IMG/VR virus record: IMGVR_UViG_3300034072_000758
Location: 434,001 to 498,000 of that record
Length of the DNA stretch: 64,000 nucleotides
Strand: one strand, 5' to 3'
Shown: positions 54,437 to 63,870 of the stretch, in pieces
How the letters are laid out: every line of letters begins with the position of its first letter
How positions within the stretch are numbered: position 1 is the first letter of the stretch
Position numbers and translations under genes: made by a program
The notes under the pieces: model-generated
What the model saw: only the letters and a program-made list of their open reading frames with translations
What the model was told of the DNA's origin: nothing
The model's database searches: none

Positions 54437-57023
54437 AGTTATTGACGGTGACCTTTTGGATACGGCTGGCCGAGCGAGAGCGCAGATAATAAGTCGTTTT
54501 CAGACCAGATTCCCACGCCATTTTGTACAGGGCCGACAAGACACCAATTCTCTTGTTCTGATCATACTTGTTCAAGTCCAAAAAGATGTTCGTGGACTGC
54601 GCTTGACAAATAAAGGCACCACGAGCCGCCGCGTGACGAATGATGGCCTTCTGTGAAATTTCCCAGACGGTCTTGTAGAGCGAATAGAAATCCGTAGGCA
54701 GGTTCTTAAGGTTCATGATCGAACCCTCGTCTTGTATCAACGTTTGGATCGTTTCGTCATTCCATCGACCGATTGCCTTCAAGTCGGCAACCAAGTGCTT
54801 GTTGATAGAAATGAACTCACCCGACAGAGTTTCACGCTTCAACAGGTTTGACTTCGTAGGCTCTGTACATTCCTCAGCACCAGAAATGTGCGCAATGGAG
54901 GCCGTAGGAGCGATAGCAATCAGCAGGGAGTTGCGAAGGCCATACGTTTTAATATCCGCCTTGAGAGCGTCCCAACGGGCCTTGTCAGATGGTTCTACAC
55001 CTACCAGATCGAATTGGAGATCACCCTTGGCAGCACGGGTCAGGAAGAAGTCTCGGTGAGCACCATGTTTCTTAGCCAGTTCACATGAGGTCTTCAAGGC
55101 TTGGTAATAAATTTCCTCTTGGATCGTAGCAGACAGAGCAACCGCTTCATCGCTCTCGTAAGGAAGACGTAGCTGATAGAAAATATCAGCCAGACCCATC
55201 AGACCCAAACCAACTGGACGCCAGCGCTTGTTAGATGCTTCCGACTCTGGGATCGGATAGAAGTTACGGTCGATAACACGATCAAGATACTTGACCGCAA
55301 TGTCTACGTTCTTTCTCAGCTTTTCTTTGTCGAGCTTGTTGTTCTTGACATAATTACGACCAACATTGATCGAACCAAGGTTACAAACAGCGACTTCATG
55401 GCCTTCCAACGCGGTATAACGATCCGTTGAGTGATCATAACCAAGAATGTTGATATTGTCGTGAAGAATCTTTTCCGGGGACATCGCATTGAATTGTTCA
55501 CGGGTCAATTCGATCTTCTTACCAGAGTTGGTAATTTCGAGAATTTCCGTACACAAATTCGACAGGTGAATGATACCGGAGGACAACTTCTTTTCAACCA
55601 GCTTCACACCATAGACTTCACTATGACCGGCGACCCCGATAGAATCGGCGGTAGTGATCTCAGCAGCATATTTTGTACCGGAGATTGTCTCGATTTGGTC
55701 AGTTGGAAGATGGCGCAGGAACGAACCATTCGTCAATTCGATCTGAATGACTTCCGTTTCCGGGTGAACCTGATTGCCGCGCTTATTAGCGGTATCCTTG
55801 AAGCAAATCCATCCGTTGCCGGTTTCGCTCAAGGTACGAATCATACGCGCATACAGCTTGTGTGCCGGAATTTGTTCAGCGTACTTGCCTTCGCGCTCAA
55901 GCTCAAGATAGCGAGCCTCATAAGCTTCACCGTACAGGTCATTCAATTCTGGCGCGACAGCCGGGTCAAACAGCGACCATTGCTCGTTGGCGACCATACG
56001 CTTCATGAACAAATCGGATACCCAGACCGCGAGGTTCAGGTTGTAGGCGCGCTTTTCCTTTTCACCGGCATTATCGCGCAGTTCCAAGAACTCCATGATG
56101 TCAGCGTGGTGTGTTTCGATATAAACACAAGCCGCACCCTTGCGCTTGCCACCTTGGTTGACAGCAGCAACATATCCGTTATTGGCATGAAGCCAAGGAA
56201 TCAGGCCGTTGGAATTACCGTTTGTGCCTTTGATGAAGCTACCAGACGAGCGGATGCGCGAAGCCGAATAACCGATACCACCAGCATACTTCGACAATTG
56301 ATTAAAGTCCGACTGGCGCTTCGAAATGTCTTTCAGATCATCCAGAGCCGAATCCAACAAATAGCACGACGACATCTGGCTACGTTGAGTTCCCGAATTG
56401 AAAAGCGTCGGCGATGATGTCATGTACTCCAAGCTGGACAGCAGATTATACATTTCGATAACTTCGGAAGCTGTTTCGGCAAGACCAGCAGCTACGCGCA
56501 TGAAGAAATATTGAGGCGTCTCAATGACAACACGTTGTTTCGAGTTCTCGCTTACCTTCGCCGAGGTGTGCTTCAAACAATAGCGATCATATAGCGTTTG
56601 AATACCATGATATTCCAACAGGTTATCGCGCTCAGGCTTAATCGCCGAGTTCAGCTTACGCTTGTTGGCCGAAACCAATTTATACGTTGCTTCGTTAATC
56701 AGACCCAACTCATAACCAGTTTGAATGCTCTGCGAGAACGAATGAATGTCCTGAACAGCCAATTCTTTAGCAATATAGTTCGAGAGAATACGAGCGGCCA
56801 GTGTACCGTATTGCGGATCAGTAATGGCCAAATTGGAAGAGTTCTTTATAGAAATCAAATCGATTTCGCGGGAAGCAACACCGTCAACCAAACTACCAAC
56901 GGTCTTAGTAGCTACCTTAAAGATGTCCAAATCTTTCAGGTCACTCGACACTCTTGTCAGAGAATTAACAATCTTATTCAGGTCAACCTCTTCAAGTTGA
57001 CCATTTCTTTTCTTTACGAACAT
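54378..57023 (-). CDS. nrdA: class Ia ribonucleotide reductase large subunit with ATP cone
   Basis: VKKRNG ATP cone, SPTLFNSG, SSCYL, SNLCTEI, VCNLGS, AIAPTAS, GLKTTYYLR, C-terminal CESC. Confidence 0.96.
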   Translation of the reverse strand: MFVKKRNGQLEEVDLNKIVNSLTRVSSDLKDLDIFKVATKTVGSLVDGVASREIDLISIKNSSNLAITDPQYGTLAARILSNYIAKELAVQDIHSFSQSIQTGYELGLINEATYKLVSANKRKLNSAIKPERDNLLEYHGIQTLYDRYCLKHTSAKVSENSKQRVVIETPQYFFMRVAAGLAETASEVIEMYNLLSSLEYMTSSPTLFNSGTQRSQMSSCYLLDSALDDLKDISKRQSDFNQLSKYAGGIGYSASRIRSSGSFIKGTNGNSNGLIPWLHANNGYVAAVNQGGKRKGAACVYIETHHADIMEFLELRDNAGEKEKRAYNLNLAVWVSDLFMKRMVANEQWSLFDPAVAPELNDLYGEAYEARYLELEREGKYAEQIPAHKLYARMIRTLSETGNGWICFKDTANKRGNQVHPETEVIQIELTNGSFLRHLPTDQIETISGTKYAAEITTADSIGVAGHSEVYGVKLVEKKLSSGIIHLSNLCTEILEITNSGKKIELTREQFNAMSPEKILHDNINILGYDHSTDRYTALEGHEVAVCNLGSINVGRNYVKNNKLDKEKLRKNVDIAVKYLDRVIDRNFYPIPESEASNKRWRPVGLGLMGLADIFYQLRLPYESDEAVALSATIQEEIYYQALKTSCELAKKHGAHRDFFLTRAAKGDLQFDLVGVEPSDKARWDALKADIKTYGLRNSLLIAIAPTASIAHISGAEECTEPTKSNLLKRETLSGEFISINKHLVADLKAIGRWNDETIQTLIQDEGSIMNLKNLPTDFYSLYKTVWEISQKAIIRHAAARGAFICQAQSTNIFLDLNKYDQNKRIGVLSALYKMAWESGLKTTYYLRSRSASRIQKVTVNNYDAAPTVAPENPEICESCT

Positions 57024-57086
57024 GTGACGATCCTTTCAATACCGATTATAGGTTATCGGTTTTGCCTTTTACAATTTTTAAATAAT

Positions 57087-57671
57087 TCAGATGGTGGTTT
57101 TTTTAATAAAAGCGTGAATAACATCACCCAAGTCATTGATCAGCAGAAGCGGGCGATAATATTCCCCGTCTTGGACAAACTCGTCCCCAACAACAAATTG
57201 TTGTTCTACTATACCAATACCATTTCTCTGATATGTAATTGTATCACCATAGAGTATTCTCAATTCGTATGGCGGTTCAATTGGTACATTTGTTTCAGAA
57301 CGCCAAGTAGAGATCAATAGCGTTACTGATGTGTTCTTTTTTATATTCAAATCATAACCATATCCACCTTCCTTAGATATGACCTTCACGACTTGCGGTG
57401 TGTTTCCCAGACTTTCATATCGAGGGGTAATGAAGAACTCCGTCTTCGTCTGGCGGCGATTATGGAGGCTAAAAACACGTTGGGTCTTTGTCCCAATCTC
57501 AGTAAGAATTTCTGTGTGGCTATATGGAAAGCTTTCACGATTGAAACCGTTTTTACTACCAATGATAACTTCGTTCGCATCGGTAAAAGCCAGACGACCC
57601 TCAGCATAATCAGGCCCAATTACGGAATTACTTACTTGAGGAAGGACGAGTGGTGATTTCAAATTTAACAT
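57087..57671 (-). CDS. structural/hypothetical protein
   Basis: EGRLAF.D..E..IG module paralogous to 58099..58740. Confidence 0.6.
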   Translation of the reverse strand: MLNLKSPLVLPQVSNSVIGPDYAEGRLAFTDANEVIIGSKNGFNRESFPYSHTEILTEIGTKTQRVFSLHNRRQTKTEFFITPRYESLGNTPQVVKVISKEGGYGYDLNIKKNTSVTLLISTWRSETNVPIEPPYELRILYGDTITYQRNGIGIVEQQFVVGDEFVQDGEYYRPLLLINDLGDVIHAFIKKTTI

Positions 57672-58102
57672 TCTTTATATCTCCTACCATCAAACTTCCA
57701 TACCGACAGTACATCATGGTGAGTTGATGGTATCGCCGAAACAGTTCTATATTTATAGTTCAGCCAATACTTTTTATCGACTTCAAGCACGATCATTTGA
57801 TCAGAAATATCATAGTCTCGGATTAGTTTTAATGACAGATCGCTCGCCTCATAGCCGCCCAAACGAAGCGTAAATTCCATGCCAGCGGCTATGGAATTGA
57901 TACACCAGTCATTGTTGTTGATCATTTCCCAAGGCGTCGGCCAAGTATCCAATGCTTCGGGATCGTATGCCATTTTAGCAAGCGGGGCCATCGACCAAAA
58001 ATCAACGACCGCTTGTAAAGCATCGTCACGTTCGGCCACACTATTGCGCAGGGTCTTCCAAGCTTTAGTCAGTTCGTCTATTGGGAGTATAAAAGGATTC
58101 AC
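57665..58102 (-). CDS. conserved jumbo-phage hypothetical protein
   Basis: W..LR, FWS.APL, D...WPTPWE.I..N..C pattern. Confidence 0.65.
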   Translation of the reverse strand: MNPFILPIDELTKAWKTLRNSVAERDDALQAVVDFWSMAPLAKMAYDPEALDTWPTPWEMINNNDWCINSIAAGMEFTLRLGGYEASDLSLKLIRDYDISDQMIVLEVDKKYWLNYKYRTVSAIPSTHHDVLSVWKFDGRRYKEC

Positions 58103-58740
58103 ACCAATTCCCCATCAGTCAATCCAGAGAGAACAGTCTTCCTCATAAAGAATTTCACATCGCCGTTTTCAGCACCATTGTCGCACATCAAATAATAGTA
58201 AGTGCCATTATAGCCGATAGTAAAATCTACAGCGGACCCAACGCCTTCATGGAATATTTCAGCCGAACCACCCGATGCGCGGATGTACAATTTGCCATTC
58301 TGAATTGGCGAATTATCAGCTAAAATAAAACAATGATATTCAACCACCGCGCTGAAATTAGTAGCATAAAATCTGCTAGGAACTTCATTACCACTGTAAT
58401 CAGGGAAAGTAATTTCAGCATTGGCGACCGGAATTGTTGTTGGGACAAAAAAGTCATTTTCTGTTTGACTTTTCATAAAGTCAGAAAATAACTCTTTCGT
58501 TCTTGGGGAAGCTTCTGTCAGTATCTCGATATTCTGATAGGGGAAGCGTGTTCTGTTGTAATTTACGTCACCAACACCCGGCACATGACCGATGAAAACT
58601 CGTCCGGTGTCTGTGGTCATAACGAGTTGCCCTAAATCTACACTTTGGCTGAAAGCCAGTGGAGACTCGCTTATTGGTTTACCCGGTAAGTCAATTTCCT
58701 TACCTCTAGTTAAACGAAACTTAGCAGCAATACTCGTCAT
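58099..58740 (-). CDS. virion protein with tropism-determinant-like N-terminus
   Basis: RG...DLP....L.QL..TTDTGRVFIG, N.EILTE. Confidence 0.6.
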   Translation of the reverse strand: MTSIAAKFRLTRGKEIDLPGKPISESPLAFSQSVDLGQLVMTTDTGRVFIGHVPGVGDVNYNRTRFPYQNIEILTEASPRTKELFSDFMKSQTENDFFVPTTIPVANAEITFPDYSGNEVPSRFYATNFSAVVEYHCFILADNSPIQNGKLYIRASGGSAEIFHEGVGSAVDFTIGYNGTYYYLMCDNGAENGDVKFFMRKTVLSGLTDGELV

Positions 58741-58761
58741 TCATAAATCCTCGCATTCTAT

Positions 58762-59433
58762 TTATTTCTTATTTTCGTGGTATTGCTCTAATCTCTGGAA
58801 CCAAATGTCGGAAAAATGATCGAACTCCGCCCCCTTCACTATAAACTCTTCGTAGTTGGTATCACGGTCGATCATCATAATAACGATCTTTCGTATCTCA
58901 GTGCCGTAGAGATAATTATGTGCGTGAGCATATGCAGCACACTGACAAAAATAGTCAGTGATTTGTTCTTTCTTTTTGATCTTCTTCGAGTTCTTGAAGT
59001 CCATAATGGCTTGCTCACCATGATGTTCTCCCACCAGATCGGTGGTCCCGGCATACAGGGCTGGATAATAAAGCCCCACTTCGCTACCGTAGAGCGTCGT
59101 AACGCCCGGTAGAGCCTCTTTAATCATCTTGTCTGCCATGATAGCCGCAAGCTGAAAGATGGGCTTCCCCGACCGCGATGGGCGCTCTGTGCCAAGGATA
59201 TGACACTCCATATGCTCATGGACCAGAGTTCCCAAATTCGAAGCGTACTTGACTTGTTGGTCAGCAGCCGCATTTCCAATACGCTTACGCCATTCAATCA
59301 AGAATGTTTTGTCGGCGGTAGCATCCAGAATAGTGGTAACAGAGGGGATCAATAGATTGCTTTCGGGACAGACATAATGTCTCTTCTCGTAAGTAGTTTC
59401 GTCCCGAACCAATTTTTGATAATTAAACGCCAT
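58762..59433 (-). CDS. PD-(D/E)XK (Cas4-like) exonuclease
   Basis: PSVTTIL, GT.VHE..E, YAGTTDL, IMDFKNS, Q.AAYA.A. Confidence 0.88.
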   Translation of the reverse strand: MAFNYQKLVRDETTYEKRHYVCPESNLLIPSVTTILDATADKTFLIEWRKRIGNAAADQQVKYASNLGTLVHEHMECHILGTERPSRSGKPIFQLAAIMADKMIKEALPGVTTLYGSEVGLYYPALYAGTTDLVGEHHGEQAIMDFKNSKKIKKKEQITDYFCQCAAYAHAHNYLYGTEIRKIVIMMIDRDTNYEEFIVKGAEFDHFSDIWFQRLEQYHENKK

Positions 59434-60020
59434 TATGTTAACTCGTACTTTGCGATATAGTAATTCAGCAGAGGTTTGCTGATCTTCAAATCGGCCATGA
59501 TTTTTTCGATTGGCTTATTTCGACAATAAGCAGTGAATGTTTCTTTGCTGGAAACGATGTCGGCGAGACTCAATTCATCAACTTTATTTTCACAAATCCA
59601 ATTTCTCTGAGCATTTTTTGCTTCCTGAACGGCGATCCTAGCTTCATGCGCTGCGGATATGCGTTGGTTCACGCAAGGGCATCCTCGTTGACACCGAGCG
59701 ACATACTGCCCCGGATCAAAAACTCTTGTGTTCCCGAAGCTACATGTTCGAGCTTCCTTAGAGTACAAAAAGAAAATCTTCGACTTGGCGTCTAAGTCTT
59801 CGTTGGGAAATTGACTATCGATACACATCTTGAAGTCGTCATCGATCTCATATATTTTCGAGAACGCCGTAACAACAACTTCCACATCCGAACGAGTCTT
59901 CGCAACGATGGGCCGACGACCTCTTCTCGGATTATAACTGTCAGCAATGAGATATTCTCTTATCAAAGAGGTATCTTGCTTACCTTCTAATATCGATTGA
60001 AAATGTAACGCAAAACTCAT
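59433..60020 (-). CDS. hypothetical protein
   Basis: 195 aa, TAATG-coupled to the nuclease. Confidence 0.6.
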   Translation of the reverse strand: MSFALHFQSILEGKQDTSLIREYLIADSYNPRRGRRPIVAKTRSDVEVVVTAFSKIYEIDDDFKMCIDSQFPNEDLDAKSKIFFLYSKEARTCSFGNTRVFDPGQYVARCQRGCPCVNQRISAAHEARIAVQEAKNAQRNWICENKVDELSLADIVSSKETFTAYCRNKPIEKIMADLKISKPLLNYYIAKYELT

Positions 60021-60139
60021 ATCATCCTCACTTGGATGTTAACCATACTATACTGTCGGAAGAAATAGCAAAATTATTTTTTATGATTCCGCGCAAACAG
60101 CCAAAATGTTGGCCATAGTATAAGTATGGAGGACTAGAT

Positions 60140-60358
60140 ATGATCGTGTATTTGGTAATAGGACACATCGACGGCGCAATCTATGCGCACTTCACCGCGA
60201 CAAAAAAGCAAGCGAAAGAGCACATAAAATACTGTGAGCGAACTTTCGATTGGGTAGAGGTGAGTATATCAGAATACGAAATAACCCCGACTAAAGCCGG
60301 GGTCGCAGAAGCAATGAATGTGTTTATTCATCATACCGCTCTTAACGATGGCGGCTAA
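60140..60358 (+). CDS. hypothetical protein
   Basis: GGAGG RBS. Confidence 0.55.
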   Translation: MIVYLVIGHIDGAIYAHFTATKKQAKEHIKYCERTFDWVEVSISEYEITPTKAGVAEAMNVFIHHTALNDGG

Positions 60359-60620
60359 CGGCTTCCAAACCAGCGTCGGTGATTTCGACAGATGGCGTAA
60401 ATGTGAACATTTCACCATTGTCCAGTTCAACAGGGTCTTCTTCTGTTATGATCACATACCCCGCCTTATTGAGACGCTTAAAGCGATTCAAACCGAATGA
60501 ATCCGAACCAAGGTTATCGGTGGAGTCTTTGTCATCCAGACGCGAAATTAGAACCGAACCACCAAAGTTGTGTTTCAGCCAGTATAACGCATCATAATCT
60601 TTCGGTTTAAGATTAGACAT
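60342..60620 (-). CDS. hypothetical winged-helix-like protein
   Basis: AGGAGG RBS, TTGACA promoter upstream, ...L.KAGYV...VEITDAGLE. Confidence 0.55.
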   Translation of the reverse strand: MSNLKPKDYDALYWLKHNFGGSVLISRLDDKDSTDNLGSDSFGLNRFKRLNKAGYVIITEEDPVELDNGEMFTFTPSVEITDAGLEAVSRHR

Positions 60621-60673
60621 AGATACCTCCTATAGAGATATATTACACAAATATACGTATATGTCAATCTATC

Positions 60674-61036
60674 TTACTTTTTGACTTCTTTAGCCGCTTG
60701 GTCAGCCGCAAGTTTGTCAAATCTCTTCTGACCCTTTTCTTTTTCAGTGTCGGATACGACTGTATCCGGGTCGAACTGTTGGTTGAAGTAGATTTTGTCA
60801 TCTTCAATTTTCTTGATAATCTTAAATTTATCTGGATTCAAGAGGTTCATCACATAGTCATCGTCCAGATTAATACCAGTGTCCAAATTTTCCAACTGAT
60901 CCTGAACGGACTGAACGGACACAAATGGAACTCCACCATCATATAGCGGCAACAACACATCCATTAGATAGTTTCTAATGTCTGCGTCGTCGTTCACGCC
61001 GTCCGGGTCTTCATCGAATAATTCCGAAAGTCTCAT
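60674..61036 (-). CDS. acidic hypothetical (head-assembly region) protein
   Basis: MRLSEL start, D/E-rich. Confidence 0.65.
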   Translation of the reverse strand: MRLSELFDEDPDGVNDDADIRNYLMDVLLPLYDGGVPFVSVQSVQDQLENLDTGINLDDDYVMNLLNPDKFKIIKKIEDDKIYFNQQFDPDTVVSDTEKEKGQKRFDKLAADQAAKEVKK

Positions 61037-61053
61037 TTGTGTCCGCCTAATCC

Positions 61054-62730
61054 TTATGAGAATGGGGTGTCGTCGGCGTTTTCAGCCGATTTTTGAACGC
61101 GGTATTGTGGAGCGTGGATCACACCATTTTTAACGTTTTCTGGGATGATACCCTTCCCGTCAACGATAGTAACACGATAACGAGGGACCAGCATATTACC
61201 TTCCCAAGTCAATACGAGATCGGTGTTTTGCATCACCTTTACGAGGAAAGGATTGTTCACCTTCGAATTGAATTGCTTGGTTTCGCCCAACCCAATTGTT
61301 CCAAATACGTAAAGTGCCTCAACGGTCTTGTTGACGAACTTCTTGTAATCCAATTTCGCGGCATTTTCAGCCTCTTCCTTTGTAGCCTTGTCGATATACG
61401 ACTTATAAATTTGCTTCAACGGAACAACACCATTTGGCGTCTGATGAGCTACTGGCGCAGCTACACCACGCTTACCGAAGGCTTCATCCAGTTCTTCTTG
61501 GTCATTTTGCTTCTTCTTGCGATTTTGAGCAAATTGATCCTGAGACTTAGCCTTACTACCACCCTTGAAGTTAGGCGAATCTGGGTTCTTCGACCATGAA
61601 CGGCCTTCTTCTAATTCGTCCTGATCAGACTTTTTTTTACGGCGCTCTTGTGAGGCTTGGGCCTGTCCAGCCGCTTTCTTTCCACCTTTGAAGTCTTCGG
61701 AGTCCGGGTTATTTGACCACGAACGGCCTTCCTTGACTGGTTTTGGCGCAGCTTTGATACTCTTGGCCATAGAAGCTTCCTTACCATTCTTCAACAGAGC
61801 GGATGGGATTTTTCCTTCTTCGAGTTCTTCCTGATCGGCTTTCTTCTTGTTACGATCCTGAGCGAACTTGTTTTGAGTAGTAGCTTTCTTACCACCCTTG
61901 AAGTTAGGTGAGTCTGGGTTACGGTTCCAAGAGCGACCTTCATCCAAATCCTCTTCTTCGCCCTTCTTGCGGCGGTGGGCTTGTTCATCCTTAGCCTTCT
62001 TTTGCGCGTCCTTGGACTTGTAATTCGCAGCGTCAGGATTCTTCGACCACGAACGACCTTCCTTGACGATCTCAACTACGTCCGACATTTCGATACCAAA
62101 AGCTTCGGAGACAAGCTTTGCTGTCTGTGTGCCATTCTTTACCGATGGATAGAGCTTAACAAATGTGCTGAAAATCAAAGCATCCGGGTTCGAAGACTCG
62201 CGCAGAGCCTTTACATTACGCTCGAAGCTTTCCTTGCGGGCGCGGCCCATGTTGAAGTCCATTGAGTCTCCGTTCATGGTGTCTGGACCGGCTTCGGCGT
62301 CGTCTGCGTTGTCATCCGCGAAATCATCGACCGCATCAACGGTCTCTTCATCATCACCCAAATCAGGAGCGTCATCACCGGAGAAGTCGTCATCGCCTGT
62401 ACCATCGTCCATAGCCATGTCGTTGGTTTCTTCGCCGTTCACTGTACCTTCCATCTTACCGATGTGTGTGGTCAATTCTTCTTTAGCTTCTTTTAAGGAG
62501 TTGATGACAGCACGAAGCTTTTCTGTAGCCGATTGATTGAATTGATCAGCCATTTCAGTTCCAAATGCTGTTTGCATGTTGTCCAGAATAGGCATAATGT
62601 CATTAGCTTCAATCTTCGCCATGTTTTCAGCGAGACTTTGAAGTTTATCGGTGATGGCCTTAACCGCCAATACTACCGAAGCTTTGTTCAATTCATTCTC
62701 AATCAAGAATGAAATATTTTTCGTGGTCAT
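61054..62730 (-). CDS. prohead core/scaffold-like protein with internal repeats
   Basis: Helical N-terminus, acidic linker, four EGRSW..NPD repeats bounded by LDE/LEE. Confidence 0.65.
   Translation of the reverse strand: MTTKNISFLIENELNKASVVLAVKAITDKLQSLAENMAKIEANDIMPILDNMQTAFGTEMADQFNQSATEKLRAVINSLKEAKEELTTHIGKMEGTVNGEETNDMAMDDGTGDDDFSGDDAPDLGDDEETVDAVDDFADDNADDAEAGPDTMNGDSMDFNMGRARKESFERNVKALRESSNPDALIFSTFVKLYPSVKNGTQTAKLVSEAFGIEMSDVVEIVKEGRSWSKNPDAANYKSKDAQKKAKDEQAHRRKKGEEEDLDEGRSWNRNPDSPNFKGGKKATTQNKFAQDRNKKKADQEELEEGKIPSALLKNGKEASMAKSIKAAPKPVKEGRSWSNNPDSEDFKGGKKAAGQAQASQERRKKKSDQDELEEGRSWSKNPDSPNFKGGSKAKSQDQFAQNRKKKQNDQEELDEAFGKRGVAAPVAHQTPNGVVPLKQIYKSYIDKATKEEAENAAKLDYKKFVNKTVEALYVFGTIGLGETKQFNSKVNNPFLVKVMQNTDLVLTWEGNMLVPRYRVTIVDGKGIIPENVKNGVIHAPQYRVQKSAENADDTPFS
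61483..62061 (-). repeat. four ~41-codon repeats (EGRSWxxNPDxxxFKGGxKA...RxKKxxxQxELxE)
   Basis: Seen in the translation and as a GAAGGxCGxTCxTGG DNA motif. Confidence 0.9.
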
Positions 62731-62966
62731 TTACTTCTCCTTGTACGCTTTGGGGCGATTTCTTTCAAATATAATTTAATCGATTCCGAAATCAAAACTG
62801 ACTTTGAATACTCAGCATCGAGGCGACCTTCCATCGCAAGAGACTTCTTCTTTTCCCCATAATGGGTCATCACATCCACCAAATGATCGCGGGATGCGTC
62901 GAAATTGATCTCTATTCCGAACTGTTCATTCAGAGATTTGTTTAACTTCTTAATTTTAGAGTTCAT
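62727..62966 (-). CDS. hypothetical late protein
   Basis: TAAATA upstream; ATGA-coupled to the scaffold-like gene. Confidence 0.6.
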   Translation of the reverse strand: MNSKIKKLNKSLNEQFGIEINFDASRDHLVDVMTHYGEKKKSLAMEGRLDAEYSKSVLISESIKLYLKEIAPKRTRRSK

Positions 62967-63019
62967 GAATCAATCCAATTAAGCATCAAGTATATTTAGT
63001 ATTTTTAATAAATATTCGT

Positions 63020-63250
63020 ATGCGCTATTTTGAAATTGCCGGTGGAATGAACCTTATGCTGTCATCAGAAGAAGATGACATAATGGGTATGTTCTCGAAT
63101 AAATCGAAAGTATACAAGAGTTCAATTAAAGACGAGAGGCTTGAAGAAGTAGCTCGTAACATGGTTACTCGTGGAATATTAAATAGACACAAAGATGACA
63201 ACGGTATATACTTCGAGATTAACGACAATAAAGGAGTTTGGAGGCTATGA
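63020..63250 (+). CDS. hypothetical late protein
   Basis: TAAATA 5 nt before ATG; MR..EIAGG, A..MV.RG.L. Confidence 0.65.
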   Translation: MRYFEIAGGMNLMLSSEEDDIMGMFSNKSKVYKSSIKDERLEEVARNMVTRGILNRHKDDNGIYFEINDNKGVWRL

Positions 63251-63870
63251 GCTTAGGACCACCTAGCAGAGACGAAATCAATCAAATGAGCAAGCTTATT
63301 GCTTTGATGAACGCTGGCGTTTCGGATGAGCCAGATGATATTGTCATGGAGAACTACAAAACCATCGATCCTTCGGCGGGTGATGCTATTCGTGCCGCTA
63401 CTTCCGATAAACAATCGATGAAAGAAATCCTTGAACGCATGTATTCAGCGAACGATGTTGTAATCGACAAAGCGAAGACCAACCGCGTTCTAAAAGAAGC
63501 CATCGACACCCATACCATTGAGAATGGCGTGATGATCGGACATTACTCGATAATCAGTTCGGATAATCATTATGACGTAGTGGATACATCGACCGGTAAA
63601 AAAATCGCCGAAGACTTATCTTTGTATGACGCTGCTTACGGTATCGCCAAGTTCTTATATGAAGGCGCGATGATCAATGATCATCGTATCAAGACTATCT
63701 TGATCCAAGAGAGTGATTATTCGAAATACATCAATGATGCAGCGCTTTATAAGATCAACATGAAAACTAGCGATGATCGTAAGAGAATGGTTCTGGAAGA
63801 CCGTTATCAAGTAGCTTATGACCGTGCTAAGGGTTCAAGAAAGATCATCAAAGACCTTTTAAAGGATTAA
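63247..63870 (+). CDS. hypothetical protein
   Basis: ATGA overlap with the previous stop; 207 aa. Confidence 0.65.
   Translation: MSLGPPSRDEINQMSKLIALMNAGVSDEPDDIVMENYKTIDPSAGDAIRAATSDKQSMKEILERMYSANDVVIDKAKTNRVLKEAIDTHTIENGVMIGHYSIISSDNHYDVVDTSTGKKIAEDLSLYDAAYGIAKFLYEGAMINDHRIKTILIQESDYSKYINDAALYKINMKTSDDRKRMVLEDRYQVAYDRAKGSRKIIKDLLKD

Noticed and set aside
55584-55769. Active intein in NrdA
   Set aside because: Too short and lacks the Cys/Ser start and His-Asn-Cys/Ser/Thr junction.
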